This document shows, one piece after another, positions 19,039-28,411 of a DNA stretch of 41,792 nt (position 1 is the stretch's first letter; each line of letters begins with the position of its first letter). Position numbers and translations under genes: made by a program. The notes under the pieces were generated by a model, which saw nothing but the letters and a program-made list of their open reading frames with translations, was not told the DNA's origin and made no database searches. Source of the DNA: Myxococcota bacterium (lineage in GTDB: Bacteria > Myxococcota_A > UBA796 > GCA-2862545); the NCBI GenBank assembly GCA_039208735.1, contig JBCCQY010000073.1, positions 1 through 41,792 on the forward strand, in the 5' to 3' direction.

Positions 19039-21462
19039 TCACTCGAGCGTGACCGTGATGCGCCATTGCGTGCCTTCGACGGGGTGCTCGGCGGGTCCTT
19101 CTTCCAGCCTTTCGGCGCGCGTCGCGGCAAGCAGTGTCGGGTGAAGGTCTCCCAACGGGCGGGGCGCTTCGACCACGAGACGTGCCAGGGGGCGCGACTG
19201 CGGAAACCGAGCCTGAGTGCGGGCGGTCCGGACGGCTCGGAGCACCGCCCACACGGCGGCCATCTCTGGAACTTCGGGATGACCGGCTGGCATGGGAAAT
19301 CGGGTTGTGTGCAGGGTCAAGCCACCCTCGCGTTCGCGGTAGCGCCGTTGCCAGATCGAATCGGTCACGAACGGCAGGTAAGGGGCGTACAGCGCAAGGA
19401 TGGTGCGAAGCGCCTCGTCGCACGTGGCTTGGGCCGATGCGGCACTTCCGGGCGCAAAGCGATCTGCTTGGTAGACTCTCGTTTTGATGGTTTCGAGCCA
19501 ATCATCGCAGAAACGACCGAAGAAAAACCGATCGAGAGCCGCCAAGCCTCGTGCGTAGTCGTACGCTTCGAAACCTGCGTTGGTCGTGGCGATGACCTGG
19601 TCGAGGTGGTGCAGGAGATCTCGATCCTCGGGGGGCCGGTCTCCGAGAGGAGGTGGCGTTTCTGGCAGGCCGAGCTGATCCGCCAGACGGGCCGCATTCC
19701 AGAGCTTCACCACGGATCGTCGGCCCGCTTTGACGTCGCGTTCAGCGAACCGCAGATCGTGGCCCAGCTGGCTCTTGGCGGCCCAGTGACGCAGGGCGTC
19801 GGCTCCGTAGCGCTCGATGAGGTGGGCTGGATTGTAGCGGTTGAAGCCATCTGCATCGGACTTCGCGAGGTTGCGCTTGCTGATCTTCTTGCCCTGTTCG
19901 TCGAGCCCCCACCCTGAAATCATCACGTCTTGCCAAGGCAATGCCTCATCGCCATGATGCAGCGTGGTTTTGACGAGGGTGTAGAACAGCCAGGTGCGAA
20001 TGATCTCGTGGGCTTGCACGCGAACGGTGAGCGGCAACTCCGTCGAGCGGCGTCCCTCGCTCTGGGCCCAATTCGTATGGATTTGGGGCGTCATCGACGA
20101 CGTCATCCACGTGTCGAGGACGTCGGGATCGCCAGTCAACGCGCCTCCGCATTCGGGACATGCCTCGCAGGGCGGAGCATCCTCAAGTGGATCAATTGGA
20201 AGATCCTCGATTCTTGCCAGCATTGGAGTTCCGCAATCGGTGCAGAACCACGCCGGAATGGGAACCCCGTAGAACCGCTGCCGCGAGAGGCTCCAGTTCC
20301 AAGCCAGCCCATCGATCCAGTGGTCGAGCCGGGCCTTCATGTGAGCTGGGAACCAGCGAAGTCGGGCGGCGGCGTTCCGGAAACGGTCTTCGTGGCCGAG
20401 TAGCTGCAGCGACCATTGGGGGACCACCTGCCACTCTACGGCGGCGTCGGTCCGCTCGGCTCGTGGCACCTGTTGCGGCAGCATCGTGAATCCGTCGGAC
20501 AGGCCAGCCGCCGTGAGCTTCCGCACCACGCCCGCACGCGCCTCATCCACCGTACGTCCTGCGAGGTCCCTAGCGAGTTCGGTCATGCGCCCATCGGGCC
20601 CGATGGCCAGCCGGAGAGGGAGTTCGTCGCGGCGCCACCGACGGACATCCTCGGCGTCCCCAAACGTGCTGGTCATGAGCAGACCCGTTCCCAGATCGCG
20701 GTCTACGGCCTGGTCGAGGAGGACCGGCACGCGGCGGTCCGAGAGCGGTACGCAAGCCTCGGTGAGTTCGGCGTAGCGGGGATCGTCGGGGTGTCGATGC
20801 AAGGCGACGCAGGCGAACAGAAGTTCGGGGCGGGTTGTGGCGATGTCGTACCCTTGGCCCTCAGGCGTCGTGAATCGGATCCGGTGGAGCTTCTGGCGTC
20901 TGGACATGGTGATCACGTCCGCCTGGGCGAGGGCGCATTGCGCCACGGGGTCCCACATCACCGGCGCTTCGTCGCGAACGATGTGGCCTTGTTGGGCAAG
21001 TTCGACGAAGGAGCGCTGGGCGGTTCGCCGACTGTGCGCATCGATGGTCGAATAGCGGAGTGACCAATCCACAGACAGGCCCAACGAGCGCCACAGCGTC
21101 TCGTAGATGGCCGCCCCGCGTTGGGTCTCTGCAAGGCAAAGGGCGCGGAATTCCGATCGACGAATGGTGGACTTGTCGATCTTGTGGGCCGCCTCAACGT
21201 AACGTTCCGTGGGAAGGCCATTGTCGTCGAAACCCATGGGGTAGTACACCCGTTCGCCACGCATGCGACGCCAGCGCACCACGATTTCGGCTTGGGTGTA
21301 GGACATGGCGTGGCCCACGTGTAGGTGAGCAGCAGATACGTAGGGGGGAGGCGTATCGACGGCGAACACGGGTCCCTCGCCGTGGGGGTCGAAGGCATAC
21401 ACGTCGTGGTCAGACCACAACCGCTGCAAGGACGGCTCTTCCGTCCGGTGATCGAAGCTCAT
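19039..21462 (-). CDS. valS: Valyl-tRNA synthetase, type 2 (archaeal-like, no C-terminal coiled-coil arm)
   Basis: DTPPPYVS...LHVGH, GFDDNGLPTE, ATTRPEL editing motif, WSLSRQRFYGVPIP, DVLDTWMTSS, QAHEIIRTW; KMSKS appears as KISKR. Confidence 0.92.
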   Translation of the reverse strand: MSFDHRTEEPSLQRLWSDHDVYAFDPHGEGPVFAVDTPPPYVSAAHLHVGHAMSYTQAEIVVRWRRMRGERVYYPMGFDDNGLPTERYVEAAHKIDKSTIRRSEFRALCLAETQRGAAIYETLWRSLGLSVDWSLRYSTIDAHSRRTAQRSFVELAQQGHIVRDEAPVMWDPVAQCALAQADVITMSRRQKLHRIRFTTPEGQGYDIATTRPELLFACVALHRHPDDPRYAELTEACVPLSDRRVPVLLDQAVDRDLGTGLLMTSTFGDAEDVRRWRRDELPLRLAIGPDGRMTELARDLAGRTVDEARAGVVRKLTAAGLSDGFTMLPQQVPRAERTDAAVEWQVVPQWSLQLLGHEDRFRNAAARLRWFPAHMKARLDHWIDGLAWNWSLSRQRFYGVPIPAWFCTDCGTPMLARIEDLPIDPLEDAPPCEACPECGGALTGDPDVLDTWMTSSMTPQIHTNWAQSEGRRSTELPLTVRVQAHEIIRTWLFYTLVKTTLHHGDEALPWQDVMISGWGLDEQGKKISKRNLAKSDADGFNRYNPAHLIERYGADALRHWAAKSQLGHDLRFAERDVKAGRRSVVKLWNAARLADQLGLPETPPPLGDRPPEDRDLLHHLDQVIATTNAGFEAYDYARGLAALDRFFFGRFCDDWLETIKTRVYQADRFAPGSAASAQATCDEALRTILALYAPYLPFVTDSIWQRRYREREGGLTLHTTRFPMPAGHPEVPEMAAVWAVLRAVRTARTQARFPQSRPLARLVVEAPRPLGDLHPTLLAATRAERLEEGPAEHPVEGTQWRITVTLE

Positions 21463-21732
21463 GGCAGATCCCAGAGAGTGAGGTTCGGAAGGTTGGAACC
21501 GTCCGACACCCGCCCTCGTCCGCCGAGCGTTCAGGGCTCCGCGCGCACGCGTGCGCTTAGGTCATGGGCGTCGGCCGAATCACCACGCTGTGGGGATGCC
21601 AGGCGTTCGGGCGGCGCGAACGACGGCTAGCACCCCCCCGGGAACTCGGACCCGGCGGGGCAGCGCTTCGAACCATGGCCGCTTGAACGACATGACGGCG
21701 TCTTATCGTCCGCCACCCATGCGTTCCACCCG

Positions 21733-22224
21733 TCAGTGACGACGGCCGTCTGCGCCGTGGGCCCGGCCATCGGCAAGTTCATCGGGCGTCGCTTCACGAA
21801 CGTGTGACACGCGTCCTGCGAAGCGAATCGTCTTGCCGGCCATGGGGTGTTCAGTGGTCACGAAGACCGAGGCGCCCTTGATAGCGGTGACCCAGAGCTG
21901 GTGGACCGTTCCGTCACTGGCGGGCGCGGCGAAGGGCATGCCGACCTTGAGCCCGTCTCGGATCCGCTTCGGGAGTTCGTTGCGCCGGACCGGTTGGGGG
22001 TCGAGACCCTTCTTCTCACCGAAGGCGTTGGCGATTGTCTCATCAAAGTCGTCGCCTTCGACCTTGCCTTCCAGCACCGCTTCGAGAGCTGCCGGCAGGT
22101 TGTCATGGCCGTGAAGGTAGGGGAAGAGACGGCCCTGGGTTGTGCCATCGAGAATCGCCCCTTCTTCATCGAACAATGCGTAGCTAAGCAGGCCCACTCG
22201 GCCCTGTTCCAAGATCTTCGTCAT
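21733..22224 (-). CDS. slyD: FKBP-type peptidyl-prolyl isomerase, SlyD-like
   Basis: PYLHGHDNLPAALEAVLEGK, HPMAGKTIRF, VREATPDELADGRAHG. Confidence 0.85.
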   Translation of the reverse strand: MTKILEQGRVGLLSYALFDEEGAILDGTTQGRLFPYLHGHDNLPAALEAVLEGKVEGDDFDETIANAFGEKKGLDPQPVRRNELPKRIRDGLKVGMPFAAPASDGTVHQLWVTAIKGASVFVTTEHPMAGKTIRFAGRVSHVREATPDELADGRAHGADGRRH

Positions 22225-22344
22225 GGAGGGGTTTTACCCCGATCCGGCAACCTGCAATCGCACAGCTTCAGGATGCGAATCGACGGCTCGTCCGGCGTAC
22301 GTGCCGGTTCTACGAAGAAGGTGACCCGTTGATGGGAGTCTTCA

Positions 22345-23166
22345 ATGAGCCGTCTAGTCGCCTCTACCCTCCTCTTTTCTCTCGTGGCCTGTGGTGGCCT
22401 TGCCGATATTCGTCCTGAGGCCCTGCAAACGGACATTCCGCGCTCCGTGCAAGATGATGGTGCCCAGCGATTTTCCCAGATGGTGGAGGCCCATGGCGGA
22501 ATGGAGGCATGGTCGCAATTCGAAACCGTCGACACCACCTTCCGTGACGAGTGGACGAACTGGCTCTTCTTTCAAATCACACCCTACGCCCAAAACAATC
22601 AGCTTGCTGCGCTCCATGCGCGATTGCAGGAGTTTCCGCACGGCCGGATCGAGTTTCTGGAAGGCAAGGGTGAGGGTGAGGTTTGGACGGCGAAGGGGAA
22701 CCGCATCACGCGTGACAAGCGTGGCAAACACAAGGTGTCCCTGGCGTGGGAGGATTCGTTCTTCGCGGTGTTTGTCCTAAATCCTGAGTTCATGGTGGGC
22801 ACGCCCTTCCGACTCGCATCGGCGGATCACTTCGCCCACGTAGGAACGCGTACCTGGAAAGATAAAGAATACGATGTCGTGCTGCTTTCTTGGGGAGACT
22901 TTGCGCCCCAGGAGCGTCTCGACCAGTGGCTGCTCTACATCGATCCTGACACGGGGCTGCTCGCGGCCACGGAATTCACGATTCGGATGTCAGGCCAGTC
23001 CCAAACGGGCTTCTACCACTACCGCGACTACCAAGAGACCGAAGGCCTGATGCTTGCCCATGCCATGGATGCGTACCTCAACAAGAACGACAAGAAGCCG
23101 GTTCATCGCTATGCCTTCGACGCATTTGAACTCTCAACCTCCGCGGTATCCGACGCAGTACAGTGA
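22345..23166 (+). CDS. Hypothetical lipoprotein
   Basis: Signal peptide with lipobox LVAC; beta-rich body; 3 bp from the downstream LysR gene. Confidence 0.8.
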   Translation: MSRLVASTLLFSLVACGGLADIRPEALQTDIPRSVQDDGAQRFSQMVEAHGGMEAWSQFETVDTTFRDEWTNWLFFQITPYAQNNQLAALHARLQEFPHGRIEFLEGKGEGEVWTAKGNRITRDKRGKHKVSLAWEDSFFAVFVLNPEFMVGTPFRLASADHFAHVGTRTWKDKEYDVVLLSWGDFAPQERLDQWLLYIDPDTGLLAATEFTIRMSGQSQTGFYHYRDYQETEGLMLAHAMDAYLNKNDKKPVHRYAFDAFELSTSAVSDAVQ

Positions 23167-23169
23167 GCC

Positions 23170-24051
23170 ATGGAAATCGATGACTGGGACGAGCTTCGCT
23201 GGCTGCTTGCCACCATTCGGGCCGGTTCCATCGCCGCCGCGGCCCGGGACCTCGGGGTCGATCCGACCACGGTGAGTCGTCGAATGCAGGCCCTGGAGTC
23301 TCGCCTTGGCGTCAAGCTGTTCGATCGGCTCCGCGGCGGGGTTTTGCTTAGTCCCGAAGGCTCACGACTGGCGGAGGGCGCGGCGGACGTGGAGTCGGTC
23401 GTCCGGCGGCTCGAGCGCGAGGCGGTGGGGGATTCGGCCGAGATTCGCGGCGTGGTGCGAATTGCCCTCGCGGAGCCATTGGCCTTTGCCTGGGCCGAGC
23501 CTCTGTTGTCGCTCGCCAAGCGGTGGCCTGCGTTGTCGTTGCAGCTGGTGTTGGGGGATCAGATGCACAGCCTCACCCGCCGGGAGACGGACATCGCGCT
23601 GCGCATCACCGAAGCCCCCCCTTCCCATCTCGTCGGTCGAGCGCTATCGAAGGTGGCGATTGGTGCTTACGCGGCGAAACACGCGGTGCCGGAGGATCCG
23701 ACGACCGCCCCTTGGATCGGATGGACGGGACTGGCCGATGACGAGACCACGATCGGGACCCTCCGTGCGCACTTGGGAGCATCCGGCCCCTATGCGCTCC
23801 ATGTCGAAAGCTACGGATCGCTCATGCACATGGGGCGGCTCGGGGCGGGGTTGATCGCTCTGCCCTGCGTGCTCGGGGAGACCGATCCCGACTTCGTTCG
23901 AGTGGGTTCCGTGCTGCCGCTGTCTCGACCGCTGTGGATCCTTACGCATGAAGACCTGCGGCGGTCTCCCCGCATTCGGGTGGTCATCGATGGGTTGATC
24001 GCGATTGCCAAGGCCCACGCGGACGCGCTTCAGGGTCATCCGCCACCGTGA
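23170..24051 (+). CDS. LysR-family transcriptional regulator
   Basis: GSIAAAARDLGVDPTTVSRRMQALESRLGVKLFDR HTH plus substrate-binding domain. Confidence 0.93.
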   Translation: MEIDDWDELRWLLATIRAGSIAAAARDLGVDPTTVSRRMQALESRLGVKLFDRLRGGVLLSPEGSRLAEGAADVESVVRRLEREAVGDSAEIRGVVRIALAEPLAFAWAEPLLSLAKRWPALSLQLVLGDQMHSLTRRETDIALRITEAPPSHLVGRALSKVAIGAYAAKHAVPEDPTTAPWIGWTGLADDETTIGTLRAHLGASGPYALHVESYGSLMHMGRLGAGLIALPCVLGETDPDFVRVGSVLPLSRPLWILTHEDLRRSPRIRVVIDGLIAIAKAHADALQGHPPP

Positions 24052-25763
24052 TCGAACGCCGCCCGGACGGCCTGTGCGTACTGACCAAGGTTTCCGGTTG
24101 CTTCGAGGCGAGTGAGGGCCTCGGCGGCTCGGGCGGCTCCTCGGTGGGTCACAAACCAGATGGGTTTGGGCGAGGTGTGCAAACGTCCTCGGCTCACCGT
24201 TCGGGGGAAGGGCTGGAAGGGACCTCGAAGAACCAGCTTCTCGGTGCGTTCCAACATGAGCGCGTTGTGGACCACGCCAATGCCGCTTTGGGCGTCATGC
24301 GGCAGATGCCCTGGAAAGGCGCCCCAGCGGGCCATGGGCAGCGCAAATCCTACTCCGCTCCAGGCATTGACGCCCACGCATCCGTATTTGAGGTCGTTGA
24401 TGGCGTTCTCCAACGCCTCACGATGCTCCCGAGAGGTGCGGGGGTGAACGATCAGCTGGCAGGCCAAGGAGCCCATCAGCTTGCGGTTCGCAAACTCCAC
24501 GGCCCGCGCGATGTATTCGTCCACGGTGGAGTAGCGTAAGTCGAGAATGCCCCACACCGGTCCGAAAGCCTCTTCGCGGTAGAGCATGTCGTCGGCGTCG
24601 GGGTTGAGATGTTCAACCAAGAGAAACGGTGCGCGGGTGCCGATGACTTGCGCCCGGGGGTGGGCGGTGAGAACGGCTTGCCGACGTTCTTCGGTGCCCG
24701 GGTAAAACGATGGCCGCTGGTCCACGACCTCCTGAAGCACCTGGCGCAGGTGCTGCAGCAGACGGACGCTTCCGTCCCACCCTGCCGGCAGGATCACGAG
24801 CTGCGAGGCGGTGCAGTTGAAGCCGCCGTTGTGGAGCTTTTGGGTCACGAGGTGCTCGGCCTGAAAGCGGAAGTCTGCGTCAGACCATGTGCCCGGCACC
24901 ACGATGGATGCGCTCACGCCTCCGAGTTCCGAAGTGATCGGGCGAGGATTTCGCGGCGCTCGCGCTTCTTTGCGTCGGGCGCCGTCTCGCCCAGCTCCAA
25001 ACACGATGGTGTCGTGGGTCTTCAGGGTTCCTGTGAGGTGGATGGAGTGCACCTCGGGATGCTCGCAAAGCCGTGAACCTACGCCCGCATTGCCGGTAAC
25101 GAAGCGAATGTAGCCTGGCCCCACCAACGGTGCGAAGATGGTATTGAAGGTATCGAGCAGGTAATCGTTAACCGGGCTCAGCTTTACCAGGCACACCTGC
25201 CCTTCGATGATCATCTTGTAGAGGGCATCGAGCACCGGAATGGCGTTGATGTTGCCCGCTCCGAGGATCAGCGTGACGCCAGGCTGCACGGACGTGCGAA
25301 ACCGACGGGCGGCGTGTTTGGTCAGGTTTTCCTTCGTGACGCCGTGCTCCATCCACACTTCGGCCGAGTAGCCAGAGAAGAGCACCCGTTCGCGGAGGGA
25401 CGTGGGAAGGACGCTGATGGCGGTTCGGCCATTGTCGAGGGTTCGAACCGTGAGACCGGCCACGGGACTGCGGTCTTTGGCCAAGTTCGACAGCGAACGA
25501 ATGAGGGCATTGATCGCAGAGATGAGGGCATAAGGACCGCTCAGCCACTCCTCACCGCGAAGGGGAGACGCTTCAGGCAGGCCTTTGGCCTCGGCACTTT
25601 GGGCTACCCAGTTGGCCGCGGACGAAAGCGCGTTCCAGCGGAGTTGCTCGAGCAGGGGCAGCAGGTCGACGGGGGCGAGTCGAGCCCAGGCTCCCGTAGC
25701 TCCGCTTAGTACCGCGATTTCCTGCTCGATAGCGTGGAATTTCGGATCGGGCGCGGCGTCCAT
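24036..25763 (-). CDS. Aldehyde dehydrogenase family protein
   Basis: GAGN, HLTG, TSELGG (catalytic Glu), GFNC (catalytic Cys), EAFGP; AGGAG RBS. Confidence 0.88.
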   Translation of the reverse strand: MDAAPDPKFHAIEQEIAVLSGATGAWARLAPVDLLPLLEQLRWNALSSAANWVAQSAEAKGLPEASPLRGEEWLSGPYALISAINALIRSLSNLAKDRSPVAGLTVRTLDNGRTAISVLPTSLRERVLFSGYSAEVWMEHGVTKENLTKHAARRFRTSVQPGVTLILGAGNINAIPVLDALYKMIIEGQVCLVKLSPVNDYLLDTFNTIFAPLVGPGYIRFVTGNAGVGSRLCEHPEVHSIHLTGTLKTHDTIVFGAGRDGARRKEARAPRNPRPITSELGGVSASIVVPGTWSDADFRFQAEHLVTQKLHNGGFNCTASQLVILPAGWDGSVRLLQHLRQVLQEVVDQRPSFYPGTEERRQAVLTAHPRAQVIGTRAPFLLVEHLNPDADDMLYREEAFGPVWGILDLRYSTVDEYIARAVEFANRKLMGSLACQLIVHPRTSREHREALENAINDLKYGCVGVNAWSGVGFALPMARWGAFPGHLPHDAQSGIGVVHNALMLERTEKLVLRGPFQPFPRTVSRGRLHTSPKPIWFVTHRGAARAAEALTRLEATGNLGQYAQAVRAAFDHGGG

Positions 25764-25784
25764 GGGAGCTCTCCTTGCTGCATG

Positions 25785-26408
25785 TCAGTTGCCGGCTGCG
25801 GCCTCCTCGACCACCGCGTCGTTGCCTTGGCGCGGACGTGGGGCCGCCGGTGTGGGGTCGAGGCCATCGCGGGCTTCGAACGACCAGCCTTCCCACTCCC
25901 AAAGCCAGACGTAGACCTCATCTTCATCATCGTCGATCGACCAAATGCGACCCGACGGGATGGCCACCGCATCGGCGACCGTCAGCTCTTGGCGAAACGC
26001 TTGGCCCGCGGGCGGGTTCCACCAACTGGGGGTTTCGAATCCAAAGGAGGCGAAGTCCGGCCAGTTGTCCGGGACCACCCACTGTTCGAGCGGCTCGACA
26101 TCCTCGTCACCAGCGAGTTCCTTACGGAGGTCGTCGAGGGCCTGGGGAGGCAGCCGATAGCGAAACCAAGTGGTGCGCACATTCTCTCGCGTGGCCTTTC
26201 GGTCGCGGATGAAGACCTTCTGCGCCTGCAGGGGCACGACGTAACCCTGGTCGACGGCTAGTTCGCGGTCCACCCCGATCATGTCGGTCTCGGTGGATAG
26301 CCATCCTGAACAGCCGAGCGTCCAAAGGCCGACCAGCAGCCCCAGGCCCAGTCTTCGCCGGAAACCCCGGCTCAATGTCGCGCGTTGTCTGGTTGCAGAG
26401 GGGATCAT
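25785..26408 (-). CDS. Hypothetical lipoprotein
   Basis: RRRLGLGLLVGLWTLGC lipobox-like signal; ATGA overlap with the upstream SRPBCC gene. Confidence 0.65.
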   Translation of the reverse strand: MIPSATRQRATLSRGFRRRLGLGLLVGLWTLGCSGWLSTETDMIGVDRELAVDQGYVVPLQAQKVFIRDRKATRENVRTTWFRYRLPPQALDDLRKELAGDEDVEPLEQWVVPDNWPDFASFGFETPSWWNPPAGQAFRQELTVADAVAIPSGRIWSIDDDEDEVYVWLWEWEGWSFEARDGLDPTPAAPRPRQGNDAVVEEAAAGN

Positions 26409-26965
26409 CGGTGCTCGATGCGGATTTCGGTCTCGAGGAAGGTGGCCAGCATATCCAGTTCCTGATCGACCGTGGTGTGCGAGCCTCGTGTCAGATGGTA
26501 GAGCCCGCGCCACAACGGGTTCTCGATTCGTCGGGACTCGGTGACGACCAGACGGCTACCGCTTCCGTTTGGCTCGATCTCGTAGTCCCAACCACCCTCA
26601 ATTCCGATCTGGTCTGGGGCTGCGATCGCGATCCCAATCCGGCGGCCGGGGTCCGCGACCTCGACCCGAAAATCGAAGCGGTCTTCGTCGTCGTCCAGTT
26701 CCCGCCACACGGCGCGGCCTTGGGCATCGTCGTCGATGCGACCGACGCGATCTACGCTTGGTCGCCATTCCGCTCGTCGTGAAGGATCACCCAGCACTTC
26801 CCAGAGGGCATCGGGTGGGAGGTCGAACTGCGCCTCGGATCGCACAACCTCGTCTTCAGGAAACGACCTTCCCCACGCGTAGATGCCTACGATGGTGAAA
26901 GACAATCCCATCGCGCCCACCCCTACGGCGGTTGCAAACCAACGTCCTGAGCCGTCCGCGTCCAT
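26405..26965 (-). CDS. SRPBCC/START-like protein with N-terminal membrane anchor
   Basis: PPDALWEVLGDPSRRAEWRPSV...GGWDYEIEPNGSGSRLVVTE pattern after a hydrophobic N-terminus; start trimmed to ATG 26965. Confidence 0.78.
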   Translation of the reverse strand: MDADGSGRWFATAVGVGAMGLSFTIVGIYAWGRSFPEDEVVRSEAQFDLPPDALWEVLGDPSRRAEWRPSVDRVGRIDDDAQGRAVWRELDDDEDRFDFRVEVADPGRRIGIAIAAPDQIGIEGGWDYEIEPNGSGSRLVVTESRRIENPLWRGLYHLTRGSHTTVDQELDMLATFLETEIRIEHR

Positions 26966-27023
26966 GCTGCAGGGCGTAACCCCCGGGCTGCGGGCCCGGG
27001 ATCGGAGGGCTATGGGGGGCCCG

Positions 27024-27665
27024 ATGGTCACGACCTGGTTCATCGCCACCGTTACGTTCGCAAACCCTGGGGCCCTGTTGGCTCCAAGTCCGCGTGAGCT
27101 ACAGGCGGCCGAAGCCGAGCTGTCCGAGCGTGTACTGCGGGCGGAGGCGATCGGTCGCGCGGCCTCGCGACTCCAGAATACCGCAGCGCGCGCGGAAGAT
27201 CCTTGTGAGGGGGGTCTGATCACGCGAGCCCGGGCGTTCGCATCGGCCTGGCGCGACGCGGCCCAACGCGCACGGGTCCAGGGGGAACGCACCCAGCGCA
27301 TGGCGTCGTCGCCCACGTTGGCCCCGATCATGAACGACGAGCGCAAGGCTCGGGTGGACGACCTGGCAAAGCGGGCCGAGCAACAGGCTCAGTCCTGGTT
27401 TGAATTCGACCGCCTCGAAGAACGATCGAAGGTGCAATGCGAAGACGGGGTGAAACCCGCCCGGGGCCTTCCTTCGCCCACGCCAATTCCTCGCGGGGAC
27501 GAAGGTCGCCCCGTCGCGATTTGGGTTCTGCAAGGGTCGTTGTGCCCAGGCCCCCGACGGGTGCGGGGTGTGGCGGTGGTCTCGGGACCCGTCTGCGTCG
27601 ACACGGACCCAGGTTGTGGTTGCGAGCCCGCCGAGGTCCTTCCGGGAGCGGTGCTCGCACCCTGA
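27024..27665 (+). CDS. Hypothetical, probably exported protein (helical N-terminal half, Cys cluster at the C-terminus)
   Basis: Protein-like ORF divergent from the SRPBCC gene; start is 27012 or 27024. Confidence 0.6.
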   Translation: MVTTWFIATVTFANPGALLAPSPRELQAAEAELSERVLRAEAIGRAASRLQNTAARAEDPCEGGLITRARAFASAWRDAAQRARVQGERTQRMASSPTLAPIMNDERKARVDDLAKRAEQQAQSWFEFDRLEERSKVQCEDGVKPARGLPSPTPIPRGDEGRPVAIWVLQGSLCPGPRRVRGVAVVSGPVCVDTDPGCGCEPAEVLPGAVLAP

Positions 27666-27685
27666 CCGGGGGTTACGACCGCTCC

Positions 27686-28411
27686 ATGACGTCGTTCGCA
27701 GCGTGGCTCGTGTTCTCCCTTTCGCCGTCTGCCGAGGCCAAGCCCTCGTGCCCGTCGGCGTCGCTTGGCTCCCTCACGGCGCAGCCAGCACCGGGCATTC
27801 TCGTGCTCGGCGAGCGTCCTGGGGTTCGCAAGGACGCCGCAAAAGCCAAGCGCGTGATTCAGTCGCTGGCGAAGCGTGGTCCCGTGACCATGGGCGTGGA
27901 GTTCATCGAAGCCCGCCGTCAGTCGGTGGTCGACAAGCTGAGTGCGGGAAGGGTGTCGCTCGATGCGCTGCCCAATGCCTTGGCGTTTGAAGACGACGGC
28001 CACACGTTTTCGGTGTACCGACGCATCCTGGCGCTGCCCGAGCGCATCGACAACCTCTCGCTCGTCGCCTTGGGGCAACCGTTTCTTGTGCGCCCTGCCG
28101 ACACCGCTGTGCCCATGCCGCCTGGCTACACGATGGTGCTCACCGACGCGATGGGCGAAAGCCCTGTGCCGCCCGAACTCGAAAGCCGTACCGTTCAGAT
28201 GGTCGCCTTCCACGACCGCCGGCTGGCCCAGACCGCACTCGACTCCTGGACGGGTGAAGGGTGGCTCGTCTTGCTCGTCGACCGCACCTGGGTCCAAGGA
28301 GGGTTGGGCGTCGCCTGGCAGCTGCAGCGGCTGACGGATGTGCCGGTGCGCTCGGCACTCCTCGCGAATGCCAAGAGCGACTGCTACCCCGACGACCTCA
28401 TCCTTCGCTGA
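27686..28411 (+). CDS. ChaN/EreA/TIKI-like exported protein with degenerate motifs
   Basis: Signal peptide (AEA), ILVLGE...VTMGVEFIE...RQSVVD...HDRRLA...GLGVAWQL follows the ChaN motif order. Confidence 0.6.
   Translation: MTSFAAWLVFSLSPSAEAKPSCPSASLGSLTAQPAPGILVLGERPGVRKDAAKAKRVIQSLAKRGPVTMGVEFIEARRQSVVDKLSAGRVSLDALPNALAFEDDGHTFSVYRRILALPERIDNLSLVALGQPFLVRPADTAVPMPPGYTMVLTDAMGESPVPPELESRTVQMVAFHDRRLAQTALDSWTGEGWLVLLVDRTWVQGGLGVAWQLQRLTDVPVRSALLANAKSDCYPDDLILR

Noticed and set aside
21720..21732. T-box-like GGGTGGAAC on the minus strand upstream of valS
   Set aside because: Lacks the ACC of the UGGNACC bulge and abuts the slyD stop, leaving no room for stem I.
26405..26965. SRPBCC protein as a polyketide cyclase for the PKS
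   Set aside because: 8 kb away in an unrelated operon; the family is widespread and a reduced type I product needs no aromatase/cyclase.
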